A stretch of 32,000 nucleotides of DNA from Solirubrobacterales bacterium (lineage in GTDB: Bacteria; Actinomycetota; Thermoleophilia; Solirubrobacterales; 70-9): assembly GCA_035313645.1 (NCBI GenBank), contig DATGAF010000023.1, positions 40,625-72,624 of the forward strand, written 5' to 3'. Position 1 is the first letter of the stretch. Every line of letters starts with the position of its first letter. The notes beneath the pieces are model-generated. The model saw only the letters and a list, made by a program, of their open reading frames with translations, searched no databases and was not told the origin of the DNA. Positions 24,126-32,000 of this stretch are shown here, piece by piece. The position numbers and the translations under genes were made by a program.

Positions 24126-24767
24126 TCAGCTGTCCCCGAGCGCTGCCTCGATCTCCGCGGTCGCCTGCTCGTTGGAGCGAAAGTGGACGCCGGTCATGCC
24201 GAGGACGCGGGCCGCGTCGACGTTGTCCGCGACATCGTCGACGAACAGGCACTCGTGGGCGCGGATCCCGTCCCCGAGCCGCTCCAGCGCCAGCTCGTAG
24301 ATCTCGGGCTCGGGCTTTCTCATCCCGACGAAGGCCGAGTCGACGATCACCTCGAAGATCTCGTCCACGGGGAGCATCTCGCGCCACGACGCCTCCCACT
24401 CACGGACGTTATTGGTGAGAAGCGCCATCCGGTAGCCCCTGCTGCGGAGGTCGCGCATCAGCGAGATCATCGGCTCGTTCGGGTCGAGCGCCTCGAAGTA
24501 GATCTCGCTGAACCGGTGGAGCTCGGGCTCCCGCCCCAGCTCGGGGGCGAGCTCCCGGCCCAGCTCCCGCAGGAACTCGGCCTCCGAGACGCGGCCCCGC
24601 TCGAGCTCGTAGAGGGGGTGCTCGCCGCGCCGCTCGGCGATCCGCTGCATGGCGAGTCCAAGCGCCTCCCCGGAGATCCCCGTCTCGCCCTGGAAGGCCG
24701 CGAACGACCGAAAGAGCGGCGTCGTGAGGACGCCGCCGAAGTCCGAGATCACGGCTCGGACCGCCAC
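24126..24767 (-). CDS. HAD-superfamily hydrolase/phosphatase
   Basis: Motif I 'VISDFGGVLT', motif II 'ALLTNN', motif IV 'FVDDVADNVDAA'. 213 aa. Confidence 0.85.
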   Translation of the reverse strand: MAVRAVISDFGGVLTTPLFRSFAAFQGETGISGEALGLAMQRIAERRGEHPLYELERGRVSEAEFLRELGRELAPELGREPELHRFSEIYFEALDPNEPMISLMRDLRSRGYRMALLTNNVREWEASWREMLPVDEIFEVIVDSAFVGMRKPEPEIYELALERLGDGIRAHECLFVDDVADNVDAARVLGMTGVHFRSNEQATAEIEAALGDS

Positions 24768-24768
24768 C

Positions 24769-25296
24769 TCAGGCCGGACGAAGCACCTCGTAGAGCCCGG
24801 TGCCGGGGGTGCCCGCGAGCCTGAATCTCATCCGGGCGACCTCTCGCCGGAGGCCCTCGCCGCCCGCCTCCAACGCGCCCTCGCGGTCCGCGGCGACCCG
24901 GAGGGGCGGCGAGTCCGGGTCGATCCACAGCTCGATCCCCAGTCGACGCGGCAGTCCGGCCGGGTCGTACTCGGTCGAGACGAGGGCCTCGTCGACCGCG
25001 ACCCGCTCACCTCCCTCGAGAAGGTGCGAGGTGACGACGTCGGTGTCGTGGCCGGCTGCGCCGCGAGGACGGATCGACGCGATCGCCAGCTCGCACCCGT
25101 CCTCGAACAGGGCGGAGACGAGACGCAGCGCCTCGGCATTCCGCCAGTCGACCTCGCCCTCGATGCTCCAGGGCGAGTGGAGGCCATCGTCCCCCGGTCC
25201 TCCCGCCGCGCCAAGCGTTGCGGACTCGAATCGAAGCCGCACCGATCCGCCGCCCTGCAGCTCGATCGCCAAGGTCACGGGCTCAGGCTCCGTCAT
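24769..25296 (-). CDS. Hypothetical protein (175 aa), no family recognised
   Basis: High-GC3 frame between fxsA and the HAD gene: 1 nt from the HAD start and a 14-nt overlap with the fxsA stop. Translation: 'MTEPEPVTLAIELQGGGSVRLRFESATLG...WSIEGEVDWRNAEALRLVSALFEDGCELAIASIRP...'. I chose the ATG at 25296; the track start at 25398 would lie deep inside fxsA. Confidence 0.55.
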   Translation of the reverse strand: MTEPEPVTLAIELQGGGSVRLRFESATLGAAGGPGDDGLHSPWSIEGEVDWRNAEALRLVSALFEDGCELAIASIRPRGAAGHDTDVVTSHLLEGGERVAVDEALVSTEYDPAGLPRRLGIELWIDPDSPPLRVAADREGALEAGGEGLRREVARMRFRLAGTPGTGLYEVLRPA

Positions 25297-25804
25297 CACG
25301 GCGTTCGCCCGGAAGCTCGCGATCGGCGTCGCCGACCTCTCGCGCGCTCCCCTCGTAGTCGTAGCGGCCACGGGCACGGCCGGCCGGATCGCCGCCACCC
25401 GGAGGGCCGGGAGGCTGCCCGGACCCCCACCGCACCGTGAACGTCGTGCGGCGCCGAGCCATCCGGGCGATCGCTCCCCGGAAGGCCGCGCGGGTGGGGG
25501 GCAGCAGGAGCAGGACCCCGATCACGTCGGTGATGAACCCGGGGGTCAGCAGAAAGGCGCCGCCGAGGATCACCATCGCGCCGTCGAAGATCTCGCGCCC
25601 CGGGACGCGGCCCTCGGCGAGCGCCTGGTTGAACCGACGCCATGCGGCCCGCCCCTGCGAGCGAAGGAGCGCTGCGCCGAGGAACGCGTCCCCGATCAAG
25701 AGCGCGATCGTGGGCACGGCGCCGATCGCCTCCCCGACCTTGATGATCACGTAGATCTCGGCGATCGGCAGGACGATGAAGACGAGCACGAGGAGGAGGC
25801 CCAT
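25283..25804 (-). CDS. fxsA: FxsA-family cytoplasmic membrane protein
   Basis: 'LLLVLVFIVLPIAEIYVIIKVGEAIG', 'LLIGDAFLGAALLRSQG' and 'GAFLLTPGFITDVIGVLLLLPPTR' are the characteristic FxsA pattern. Confidence 0.85.
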   Translation of the reverse strand: MGLLLVLVFIVLPIAEIYVIIKVGEAIGAVPTIALLIGDAFLGAALLRSQGRAAWRRFNQALAEGRVPGREIFDGAMVILGGAFLLTPGFITDVIGVLLLLPPTRAAFRGAIARMARRRTTFTVRWGSGQPPGPPGGGDPAGRARGRYDYEGSAREVGDADRELPGERRDDGA

Positions 25805-25850
25805 GGGGGCGAAGCCTAGTGAGGCCGGGCGCCGCCGCTACGATGGGGGC

Positions 25851-26168
25851 ATGTCCCCAGAGAGCACCGACACGGTCACCGAGGACGACGTCTACGAGGC
25901 GCTCGAGGAGGTCATCGACCCCGAGCTGGGCCTCGACTTCGTCTCCCTGGGACTCGTCTACGACGTCGAGGTCACGGACGGCGACGTCTACGTCACCTTC
26001 ACCCTGACCTACCCGGGCTGCCCGATCGGCCCCCAGGTCTCAGAGCAGATGAAGGAGTTCGTGGGCGGCCTGGAGGGCGTGGGAAGCGTCCACCCGAAGA
26101 TGGTCTTCGACCCGCCCTGGTCCCCGGACATGATGTCCGAGGACGCCAAGTTCGCGCTGGGTTACTGA
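25851..26168 (+). CDS. DUF59/MIP18-family Fe-S cluster assembly factor (SufT/PaaD-like)
   Basis: 'VYEALEEVIDPELGLDFVSLGLVYDVEV' and 'TLTYPGCPIG' (the conserved Cys). 105 aa from the ATG at 25851. The track's longer version starts inside the divergent fxsA gene. Confidence 0.85.
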   Translation: MSPESTDTVTEDDVYEALEEVIDPELGLDFVSLGLVYDVEVTDGDVYVTFTLTYPGCPIGPQVSEQMKEFVGGLEGVGSVHPKMVFDPPWSPDMMSEDAKFALGY

Positions 26169-26216
26169 GCGGCTTTGGCAAGCCATTACTCGGCGTTCGT
26201 CGGTACCCGGGCGGGT

Positions 26217-26252
26217 AAGCGCCCGCGCGGTCAACTGTCCGCGCGGACGCTT
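26217..26252. terminator. GC-rich stem-loop between convergent genes (candidate bidirectional terminator)
   Basis: 'AAGCG c CCGCGCGG tcaactgt CCGCGCGG a CGCTT' gives 13 bp of pairing with one mismatch and an 8-nt loop. It lies in the 95-bp spacer between the DUF59 gene (+) and the lipoprotein gene (-). There is no clear U-tract. Confidence 0.4.
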
Positions 26253-26263
26253 CTGGCGGCTGC

Positions 26264-26800
26264 CTAGTAGGAAAAGCCGCCGCCTCCCGAGCTCGAGGAC
26301 TGGCTGACGACCTGGTCTCCACTCGGCGAAACCGCGTACCAGCTGCCGCCGAACTCCGTCAGGCCCTCGCCGTTGGTGTCACCGGGCTTCTGGTCGCCCG
26401 CGAACAGGTAGAGCGGGTGGCCGTTGTAGGTGACCTGGGGCTTGCCGTCGGACCGCTTGGTCGTTCCGACCATCGAGGCATTCGCCCCGCCACCGACGGT
26501 CGGCTTGCCGTCGGCTCGCAGGGGAGGCCAGTTGCTCGCACAATCACCGAAGCACATGCTCTTCGATCCGCTGTCCTTCTGGAACCGGTAGAGGGTGCGG
26601 CCTTGGGAATCGACGAGGATCGTGCCGAGGTTGTCTGTGCTCGCGGTGCCGATCATCGTCGAGCCTCCGTTCCCCGTGGTCGCTGGCGCCGTGGCGGCGG
26701 TCGCGCCGTTGCCACCGCCGCCACAGGCGGAGATGCCCAGGGCGACGAGCCCTGCGACCGCCGCGGCGACGATGAAAGTGATGGGTTTGCGTCGGGTCAT
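26264..26800 (-). CDS. Secreted lipoprotein with two Yx[FWY]xxD repeats (COG4315-type, function unknown)
   Basis: Strong RBS ('gccAAAGGAGccagcATG'). Signal peptide plus lipobox 'LVALGISAC'. A Gly/Thr-rich linker follows. Repeats: 'GRTLYRFQKD...CFGDCASNWPP' and 'GHPLYLFAGD...GEGLTEFGGSWYAV'. Confidence 0.8.
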   Translation of the reverse strand: MTRRKPITFIVAAAVAGLVALGISACGGGGNGATAATAPATTGNGGSTMIGTASTDNLGTILVDSQGRTLYRFQKDSGSKSMCFGDCASNWPPLRADGKPTVGGGANASMVGTTKRSDGKPQVTYNGHPLYLFAGDQKPGDTNGEGLTEFGGSWYAVSPSGDQVVSQSSSSGGGGFSY

Positions 26801-27001
26801 GCTGGCTCCTTTGGCTGGATGAACTTGTTTCGTGGACCCCGACACACCCGCGGGTGGTGGTGTTGTTGTTCCTGCCAGGGGTACGGCGCCCCCGCCCACG
26901 GCGTTCAGTGCGCTTGGTCACACGAGCCTCAGGACCGCGACCCTCCGCCGGCTTCTGCTCGTCGAGTGTCCGGTGGGCCGTCCATGCCACCCTGGAGCAA
27001 G

Positions 27002-28207
27002 ATGGGAACGCGCGATCTACATAACCGCCGGGCATTCGCGGGCACTGCCTACGCCTTCGCTGCGGTGATGCTCGGGACCACACTGCCGACCCCCCTCTAC
27101 GGGATCTATCAGCAGGAGTTCGGCTTCTCGGAGTTGATGATCACGGTGATCTTCGCGACCTACGCCGTGGGGGTGATCGGCGCGCTGCTTCTCTTCGGGC
27201 GCCTGTCGGATCAGATCGGGCGGCGCCGGGCCCTTCTTCCGGGGCTAGCGTTCTCAGCGCTCAGCGCGGTCGTCTTCCTACTCGCCCAGGGGCTCGTACC
27301 TCTCCTGGTCGGCCGCATGCTCTCGGGGCTCTCGGCCGGGATCTTCACTGGCACGGCGACGGCGGCCCTGGTCGATCTCGCGGGACCGAAAGAGCGGGGC
27401 CTCGCGACGCTGGTCGCAACGATGGTCAACATGGGCGGGCTCGCCTGCGGGCCGCTTCTCGCGGGGCTCTTGGCCCAGTTCGCGGTCGCTCCGCTCAGGC
27501 TTCCGTTCTGGGCCGACCTGGCGCTGCTCGTGCCCGCTGCGCTCTTCATCTGGACGTTGCCCGACACGGCGCCGGCTGCCCCCGATGTGCGATTTCGACC
27601 GCAGCGCCTCCATGTGCCGGTCGAGGCGCGGGCGACGTTCGTGCGGGCGGCCCTTGCCGGGTTCGCGGGGTTTGCCGTGCTCGGGCTGTTCACGGCGGTC
27701 GCCCCCGGATTCCTCGGCCAGATCCTCGGGATCCAGAACCACGCCGTTGTCGGGCTCGTCGTCTTCGGCGTCTTCGCGGCCTCACTGGTCGGACAGACCG
27801 CGCTTCAGCGGATCTTCGGCGGGGCCGCGCTTCCCGCCGGCTGCGTGGTCCTGATCGGCGGGATGTTGCTCGTCGGACTCGGCCTTGCCGCCTCCTCATT
27901 CGCGGCCCTGATCGCCGGGGGCATCATCGCTGGCCTTGGCCAGGGCCTGAGCTTTCGCGCCGGGTTGGCGGCGGTCAACGAGGCATCGCCGGCCGAGCAC
28001 CGAGGAGAGGTTGCCTCGAGCTTCTTCGTCGTCGCCTACGTGGCGATCTCCATACCCGTGGTCGGCGTGGGCCTTCTGGCCGACGTCGCCGGTCTGCGTA
28101 CCGCGGGCCTCGTCTTCGTGGCGGTCGTCGTCGCCCTCGCCCTGGCGGTTCTCGCTCTTCTGAACTCCCACGCGCCGCAGTCTCGGGAAGCCCTCTCGAC
28201 CGAATAA
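27002..28207 (+). CDS. Major facilitator superfamily transporter
   Basis: About 12 hydrophobic segments. MFS loop 2-3 motif 'GRLSDQIGRRRALL'. The ATG at 27002 is preceded by GGAG ('ctGGAGcaagATG'); there is an alternative ATG at 26984. The track ORF's upstream 195 codons run antisense through the lipoprotein gene. Confidence 0.85.
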   Translation: MGTRDLHNRRAFAGTAYAFAAVMLGTTLPTPLYGIYQQEFGFSELMITVIFATYAVGVIGALLLFGRLSDQIGRRRALLPGLAFSALSAVVFLLAQGLVPLLVGRMLSGLSAGIFTGTATAALVDLAGPKERGLATLVATMVNMGGLACGPLLAGLLAQFAVAPLRLPFWADLALLVPAALFIWTLPDTAPAAPDVRFRPQRLHVPVEARATFVRAALAGFAGFAVLGLFTAVAPGFLGQILGIQNHAVVGLVVFGVFAASLVGQTALQRIFGGAALPAGCVVLIGGMLLVGLGLAASSFAALIAGGIIAGLGQGLSFRAGLAAVNEASPAEHRGEVASSFFVVAYVAISIPVVGVGLLADVAGLRTAGLVFVAVVVALALAVLALLNSHAPQSREALSTE

Positions 28208-28278
28208 TTGCTCGCCTTCTACGGGAGGATTTTTCGATCTCGAGCCCGGCGGGGATAGCGGGGCAAGACCGGTCACGA

Positions 28279-29514
28279 TCACGAAGGAGATCGGCTTTTC
28301 CGATCAGTCATAGTCGAACCGCCCTGGTCGACCCCCTGCCGGACCCGGTCGGCCCTGCGCTCGCCTTGGAGATCGAGCGCGAGTTGGCCGACGACCAGGG
28401 CGACGATCAGCGCGAGAAAGAGCAGCGGCGCGAAGCCCCCGCTCACAGCCGCCAGCACCAGCGTCAGCACGACGGCCGCGATCTCTACGCGCGGCCCCGG
28501 ATCACCTGTCGTGCGGGCCATCGCCACGTGCATACCCGCGTTCCCGAGCAGGTATACGGCGACCCCGCCGGCAAGCGCCCAGCGCACCTCCGCCGAAAGC
28601 GTTGTGTCGCCGCTGTGAGCGATGACCTGCTCGGCGCCGACGCTGGCTGCGGCGAGGCCGATGACCACCGGAAGGTGACCATAGGAGTAGACGTCGCGCG
28701 CGTAGGCGGCGGGATGCGCGCTCGACATTAGGCCGAGGCGCGCCGACCTGGATCCGAAGTCAAAATACTCCCACCACACGGCAGCCGCCAATACGAAGCA
28801 GCCCACTGCGCTGAGAGTGATCGTCACGGTCGACTCGATATTGGCCAGGTCGAGGCCAACCGCTGCGACCGACTCGCCGAGGACGATGATCACGAACAAC
28901 CCGAAGCGCTCGGGAAGGTGCGCGAGGTCGATCCCTGGGGCGCGCTTCATACGCCCGCTGGCCAAGGCGGGAGTCCCGGCCTCGACCGAGAACCCTACGG
29001 CCCACAGGGCGTAGCGCGCCGGCGCGGGCACGCCGGCCGAAATCAGCCAAAGCACCACCCCGAGGCCGAACCCGGCGATGTAGAAGTCGACCAGTTCCCG
29101 GGCCGCTGGCTCCTTCCATCTCGTATTGACATAGAGCGCGACCAGGCAGGCGCGAAGACCGGCGTAGGAGAGGGCAAATCCAACGGCGGTCTCGCCGGTG
29201 AAGGCGCCAGCGACGTTTGTGGAGAGCGCCGCGACGGCGAGCATCGCCGCCAGCATCAGCAAGCGGACGAGGTTGTCCTCGCGAGGAAAGCGGCTGACGT
29301 AGAAGCTGAAGCCGACCCAGCCCCACCAAAGCGGAAGAAAGACGAGCGCGAAATGCAGGAAGCCCGCAGGCGAGAGGTCGTGATTGAGCGCGTCGGCTAC
29401 CTGGGTGACGGCCAGGACGAAGACGAGATCGAAAAAAAGCTCGAGCCAGCTCGCGTGCCGCTCCTCCTCGTTGCCGGTGTGTCCCGGGCTCGGTCCTGTT
29501 GCGTTGAGCTCCAT
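28279..29514 (-). CDS. LtrA (low-temperature-requirement A) family integral membrane protein
   Basis: The N-terminal signature 'ASWLELFFDLVFVLAVTQVA' is typical of the LtrA family, and about 10 TM segments follow. I chose the ATG at 29514 because the codons between 29515 and 29577 (TTG) have poor GC3. Confidence 0.78.
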   Translation of the reverse strand: MELNATGPSPGHTGNEEERHASWLELFFDLVFVLAVTQVADALNHDLSPAGFLHFALVFLPLWWGWVGFSFYVSRFPREDNLVRLLMLAAMLAVAALSTNVAGAFTGETAVGFALSYAGLRACLVALYVNTRWKEPAARELVDFYIAGFGLGVVLWLISAGVPAPARYALWAVGFSVEAGTPALASGRMKRAPGIDLAHLPERFGLFVIIVLGESVAAVGLDLANIESTVTITLSAVGCFVLAAAVWWEYFDFGSRSARLGLMSSAHPAAYARDVYSYGHLPVVIGLAAASVGAEQVIAHSGDTTLSAEVRWALAGGVAVYLLGNAGMHVAMARTTGDPGPRVEIAAVVLTLVLAAVSGGFAPLLFLALIVALVVGQLALDLQGERRADRVRQGVDQGGSTMTDRKSRSPS

Positions 29515-29587
29515 CGGATCGGTTGTTACTCGATCCAGTCGATTGCCGCCCCGGAGAGCTTCCTGTGGGGCGGGCAATTCGCCTCAG

Positions 29588-31144
29588 TTAGCGGTACAGG
29601 TTCTGCGGGACGCCCGCTGCGGCGAAGACATAGTCCCGCGAGCTCTCCAGCTCCCGGCGCAGCCCGGGCAGGTTGACGTCGGGCAGCTTGCCCTTCCACT
29701 TGCGCACCTTGCCCGCGACGATCACGGTCTCGACGTTGGTGCGCTCCATCAGCGATACGACCGCCCCCGGCACGTTGTTGAGCGGAGCGACGTTGATCGC
29801 CTCGGCGTCGAGGATGATGATGTCGGCCTCCTTGCCGGGCGTGAGTGAGCCAGTCCTGCCGTCCAGTCTCAGGTGCTTCGCACCGTTGATGGTGGCGAAC
29901 CGCAGCACGTCGCGCACATTGAGGAGCGGCGGCGTGCCGGGGGCTGGCGTCGGCCACTCGTTGGGTGGTGTGAATGTCCCCTGGTCGAGGATCATCTGGT
30001 TCACGACCATGCGCTGCAGAGTCATCGCGGAGCGCATCTGGGTAAAGAAGTCCGCTGTCATCGTGACCTCGACGTCCGAGCTCAGGGACGGCTCCATGCC
30101 CAGGCTTTGCATCTTGACGACGGGCGGAATGCCGTGCCGCATGTTCATTTCGATCGGGAAGGCGATCGAGACCTGCGCGCCGGCGTTCTTGACCCCCAGC
30201 CAGCCATCGTCGGACATCCCCGTCATGTGAATGAACAGGTTGTCTGGACCGAGTCCGATGTTGCTACCGGGCGTGCCGCCCTGGCCCGCGGCGAGCTGAT
30301 CCAGGATCGGGCGGACCCCGAACGGCGAGAGGATGTGCGCCGCAATCTGGAGATCGAGATGACGCCCGATTTGCCAGGATTGTGTGTAGGTCTCGGGCCC
30401 CAGGTAGACCTCGCCGCCCATGATCATGTGGACGAGCTGATCGCTCGAGGAGAACCACTGCTCCTTGATGCGGACGGCGTCCGCCGGATACTGGTTCCCG
30501 GCAACGCCACCGGCGCTCTCGAAATAGCCGAACGCGGCGCGGCGCCCCGTATCAAACAGAGCCTTTATTGCCGCGTCGGAGTGCTGGGGCGAGTGATGGA
30601 TCTGCGAGACGTCGTGCACCGTCGTGACGCCGTCGTCGAGTTGCGCCAGTCCGCCGAATAGCTCGCTTATGTAGACGTCCTCCGGCCGGTACACCGGCGC
30701 GAATTTGGGCAGGATGTATTCGAAATACGAAGGATCCGCGCTCGGCGAGCCTGAGCCATCGTTGATCAGGACGCCATTGGCGAGGAAGCTTCGCAGCGCC
30801 GTCTCGAACTGGTGATGGTGCGTATCGATGAAGCCGGGCATGACGATCTTGCCGCGCGCGTCGATCTCCGCCGCGTCGCCCGCGTGCAGGTGCGGTCCGA
30901 CGGCGGCGATTTTCTTTCCAATGACCAGCACGTCAGCTTTGGCGAAATCGCCCACCTTCGGGTCCATCGACATCACGTGGCCGTCCCGAATGATGTAACG
31001 CCGCCCCGGCCGCCCGCTGTCGCTGGGATGGTCATCGTCGTCGTCGCGCGCCGCTGCAGGACGCGCCGCGAATAGGGCGAGTCCCGTGGCGCCGGCCCCG
31101 AGCGCCGTCACCATCGATCGCCGGTCGAGGGGTGGTTTCTCCAC
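29588..31144 (-). CDS. Metal-dependent amidohydrolase-superfamily protein with a twin-arginine (Tat) signal peptide
   Basis: Tat-like N-terminus 'LDRRSMVTALGAGATGLALFAARPAAA'. Amidohydrolase metal motif 'PGFIDTHHHQFE', plus 'GVTTVHD' and 'HMTGMSDD'. GTG start at 31144. Confidence 0.85.
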   Translation of the reverse strand: MEKPPLDRRSMVTALGAGATGLALFAARPAAARDDDDDHPSDSGRPGRRYIIRDGHVMSMDPKVGDFAKADVLVIGKKIAAVGPHLHAGDAAEIDARGKIVMPGFIDTHHHQFETALRSFLANGVLINDGSGSPSADPSYFEYILPKFAPVYRPEDVYISELFGGLAQLDDGVTTVHDVSQIHHSPQHSDAAIKALFDTGRRAAFGYFESAGGVAGNQYPADAVRIKEQWFSSSDQLVHMIMGGEVYLGPETYTQSWQIGRHLDLQIAAHILSPFGVRPILDQLAAGQGGTPGSNIGLGPDNLFIHMTGMSDDGWLGVKNAGAQVSIAFPIEMNMRHGIPPVVKMQSLGMEPSLSSDVEVTMTADFFTQMRSAMTLQRMVVNQMILDQGTFTPPNEWPTPAPGTPPLLNVRDVLRFATINGAKHLRLDGRTGSLTPGKEADIIILDAEAINVAPLNNVPGAVVSLMERTNVETVIVAGKVRKWKGKLPDVNLPGLRRELESSRDYVFAAAGVPQNLYR

Positions 31145-31440
31145 AATCTTGATCCGCCAAATGAAGTGATGAGGCGCTGCTGCTTTCGCATGAACCCCCG
31201 CACTCGGATGAGGTCGGTGCGGGCGATCAAGCCTAGATCAGCGATGCCTTCGGTCGCCGCTTCCGCCTATGCCCTGGGTGCCACCGCTCTCGAGCGGCAA
31301 TCGCCATCGAGTTCGTTCGCGCTTGGCAAAGCTCCTGCTACCCGGACGTTCGCTGCCCCTCCCTCGTTCGGCGGCCGGGCTACCGTTTGGCAGGGGGTAC
31401 TGAGCTGGCGCGCTCGGGCGCCCTCGTCTAGCCTCGAGGC

Positions 31441-32000
31441 GTGGCCGACTGGGCGACGATCGCGGAGGTGGGCACCGCCGCCGGGACCCTCGTGCTGGCG
31501 ACGGCGACCTTCGCCTCGGTGCGCTCCGCCAACCGCTCCGCCCGGCTTGCGGAGCTGGCGCTCCAGGAGCAGCGGCGACCGGTGCTCGTGCAATCGCGTA
31601 CCGACGACCGCGACCAGGCGATCGGCTTCGCCGACGGGCGCTGGGTGAGCATCCCAGGCGGCGGCGCGGTCGTCGAGGCGACGACCGAGGCTGTGTACCT
31701 GGCGGTCAGTCTCCGCAACGTCGGCGCCGGCCTCGCCGTCCTGCAGGGATGGCGCGCTCACTCGGTTGGGGCGACCGAGCCCCAGTCCGAGGCGGAGTGG
31801 CGTGGACTCATCGCAAGCGCGGACGTGCCGCCCGACGTCGAGGACTTTCGCTCCCTGACCCGAGATCAATACATCGCGAGCGGGGACATCGGGTTCTGGC
31901 AGGGCGCCGTGCGGGAGCCGGATGATCCGCTCCACGTGACGCTCACTTCCGCCGCGTCAGCGCGGCACCGGGTGCTGCTGGATCTGCTGTACACCGACCA
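31441..32000 (+). CDS. Hypothetical membrane-anchored protein, 5' part only (runs off the window end). Not present in the supplied ORF track.
   Basis: I translated this by hand from the GTG at 31441 (in-frame TAG at 31429-31431, GAGG just upstream). The translation is '(M)ADWATIAEVGTAAGTLVLATATFASVRSANRSARLAELALQEQRRPVLVQSRTDDRDQAIGFADGRWVSIPGGGAVVEATTEAVYLAVSLRNVGAGLAVLQGW...'. Third positions are almost all G/C, and there is no stop before 32000. The overlapping track ORFs (31267..31935 minus, 31166..31648 plus) translate to Arg/Pro-rich junk. Confidence 0.45.
   Translation, partial: MADWATIAEVGTAAGTLVLATATFASVRSANRSARLAELALQEQRRPVLVQSRTDDRDQAIGFADGRWVSIPGGGAVVEATTEAVYLAVSLRNVGAGLAVLQGWRAHSVGATEPQSEAEWRGLIASADVPPDVEDFRSLTRDQYIASGDIGFWQGAVREPDDPLHVTLTSAASARHRVLLDLLYTD

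Noticed and set aside
16833-25804. The idea that addAB, fxsA and the orphan genes form a phage-defence island or mobile element.
   Set aside because: The region has no integrase, transposase, tRNA attachment site, flanking repeats or compositional shift. AddAB and FxsA are ordinary chromosomal housekeeping genes, and the neighbours (HAD, DUF59, MFS) are metabolic. Nothing resembles known defence-system domains such as nucleases paired with NTPase sensors, TIR, SIR2 or reverse transcriptase.
26169-26263. Possible tRNA or small RNA in the 95-bp spacer after the DUF59 gene.
   Set aside because: There is no T-loop (GTTCRANNC) or D-loop consensus and no acceptor-stem pairing. The only structure is the simple hairpin already listed as a candidate terminator.
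26845-26856. A perfect 12-bp palindrome 'CACCCGCGGGTG', followed by a G/T-rich run 'GGTGGTGGTGTTGTTGTT', in the lipoprotein/MFS divergent spacer. It could be an operator or a riboswitch-like leader.
   Set aside because: A single short GC palindrome is expected by chance several times in 32 kb of this composition. There is no second half-site, no repeat copy elsewhere in the window, and no recognisable riboswitch structure.
31166-31935. Track ORFs 31166..31648 (+, 160 aa) and 31267..31935 (-, 222 aa) as genes.
   Set aside because: Both are Arg/Pro/Ser-rich with poor codon structure. A third frame (from GTG 31441, +) has much better coding character. The region 31145-31440 is more plausibly a divergent regulatory spacer.
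1-32000. A search for CRISPR arrays, tandem or interspersed repeats, rRNA/tRNA genes and IS elements across the window.
   Set aside because: By eye I found no regularly spaced direct repeats, no long duplicated segments, no conserved RNA-gene motifs, and no intergenic region longer than about 300 bp. A computational repeat or covariance-model scan would be needed to be definitive.

Overview
This is a very GC-rich, gene-dense chromosomal window with a strong G/C preference at codon position 3. It looks actinobacterial; that is an inference from composition and from the MarP-like, PBP, FHA and hopanoid gene content. I call 28 protein-coding genes. I found no rRNA or tRNA, no CRISPR array, and no transposase, integrase or other mobile-element signature.

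- **Left ~9.7 kb:** a compact hopanoid (bacteriohopanepolyol) locus. The minus strand carries a zinc-ribbon/FHA gene, then shc, hpnC, hpnD, hpnE, a single fused hpnG::ispH ORF, and hpnH. An HpnO-like class-III aminotransferase converges on hpnH with only 3 nt between the stop codons.
- **Middle:** an SRPBCC protein, a lipoprotein, a small membrane protein, and a divergent pair made of a class-B penicillin-binding protein and a CvpA + trypsin-like (MarP-like) protease. Next come an HxlR regulator and an 8.7-kb co-directional string: addB, addA, a ChaC/GGCT-like gene and a CstB-like persulfide dioxygenase-rhodanese fusion.
- **Right:** two orphan hypothetical proteins, a HAD hydrolase, fxsA, a DUF59/SufT-like protein, a COG4315-type lipoprotein, an MFS transporter, an LtrA-family membrane protein and a Tat-signal amidohydrolase. 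A partial ORF that runs off the window end is absent from the supplied ORF track.

Most of the long ORFs in the six-frame track are antisense or off-frame artefacts of the high GC content (Arg/Pro/Ala/Gly-rich translations), and I rejected them.

The most unusual item I can support is the in-frame fusion of the hopanoid nucleosidase HpnG to a complete IspH/LytB. I see no convincing signature of a new defence or mobile system. The remaining findings are gene-context and architecture oddities, and all need database searches that I cannot run.
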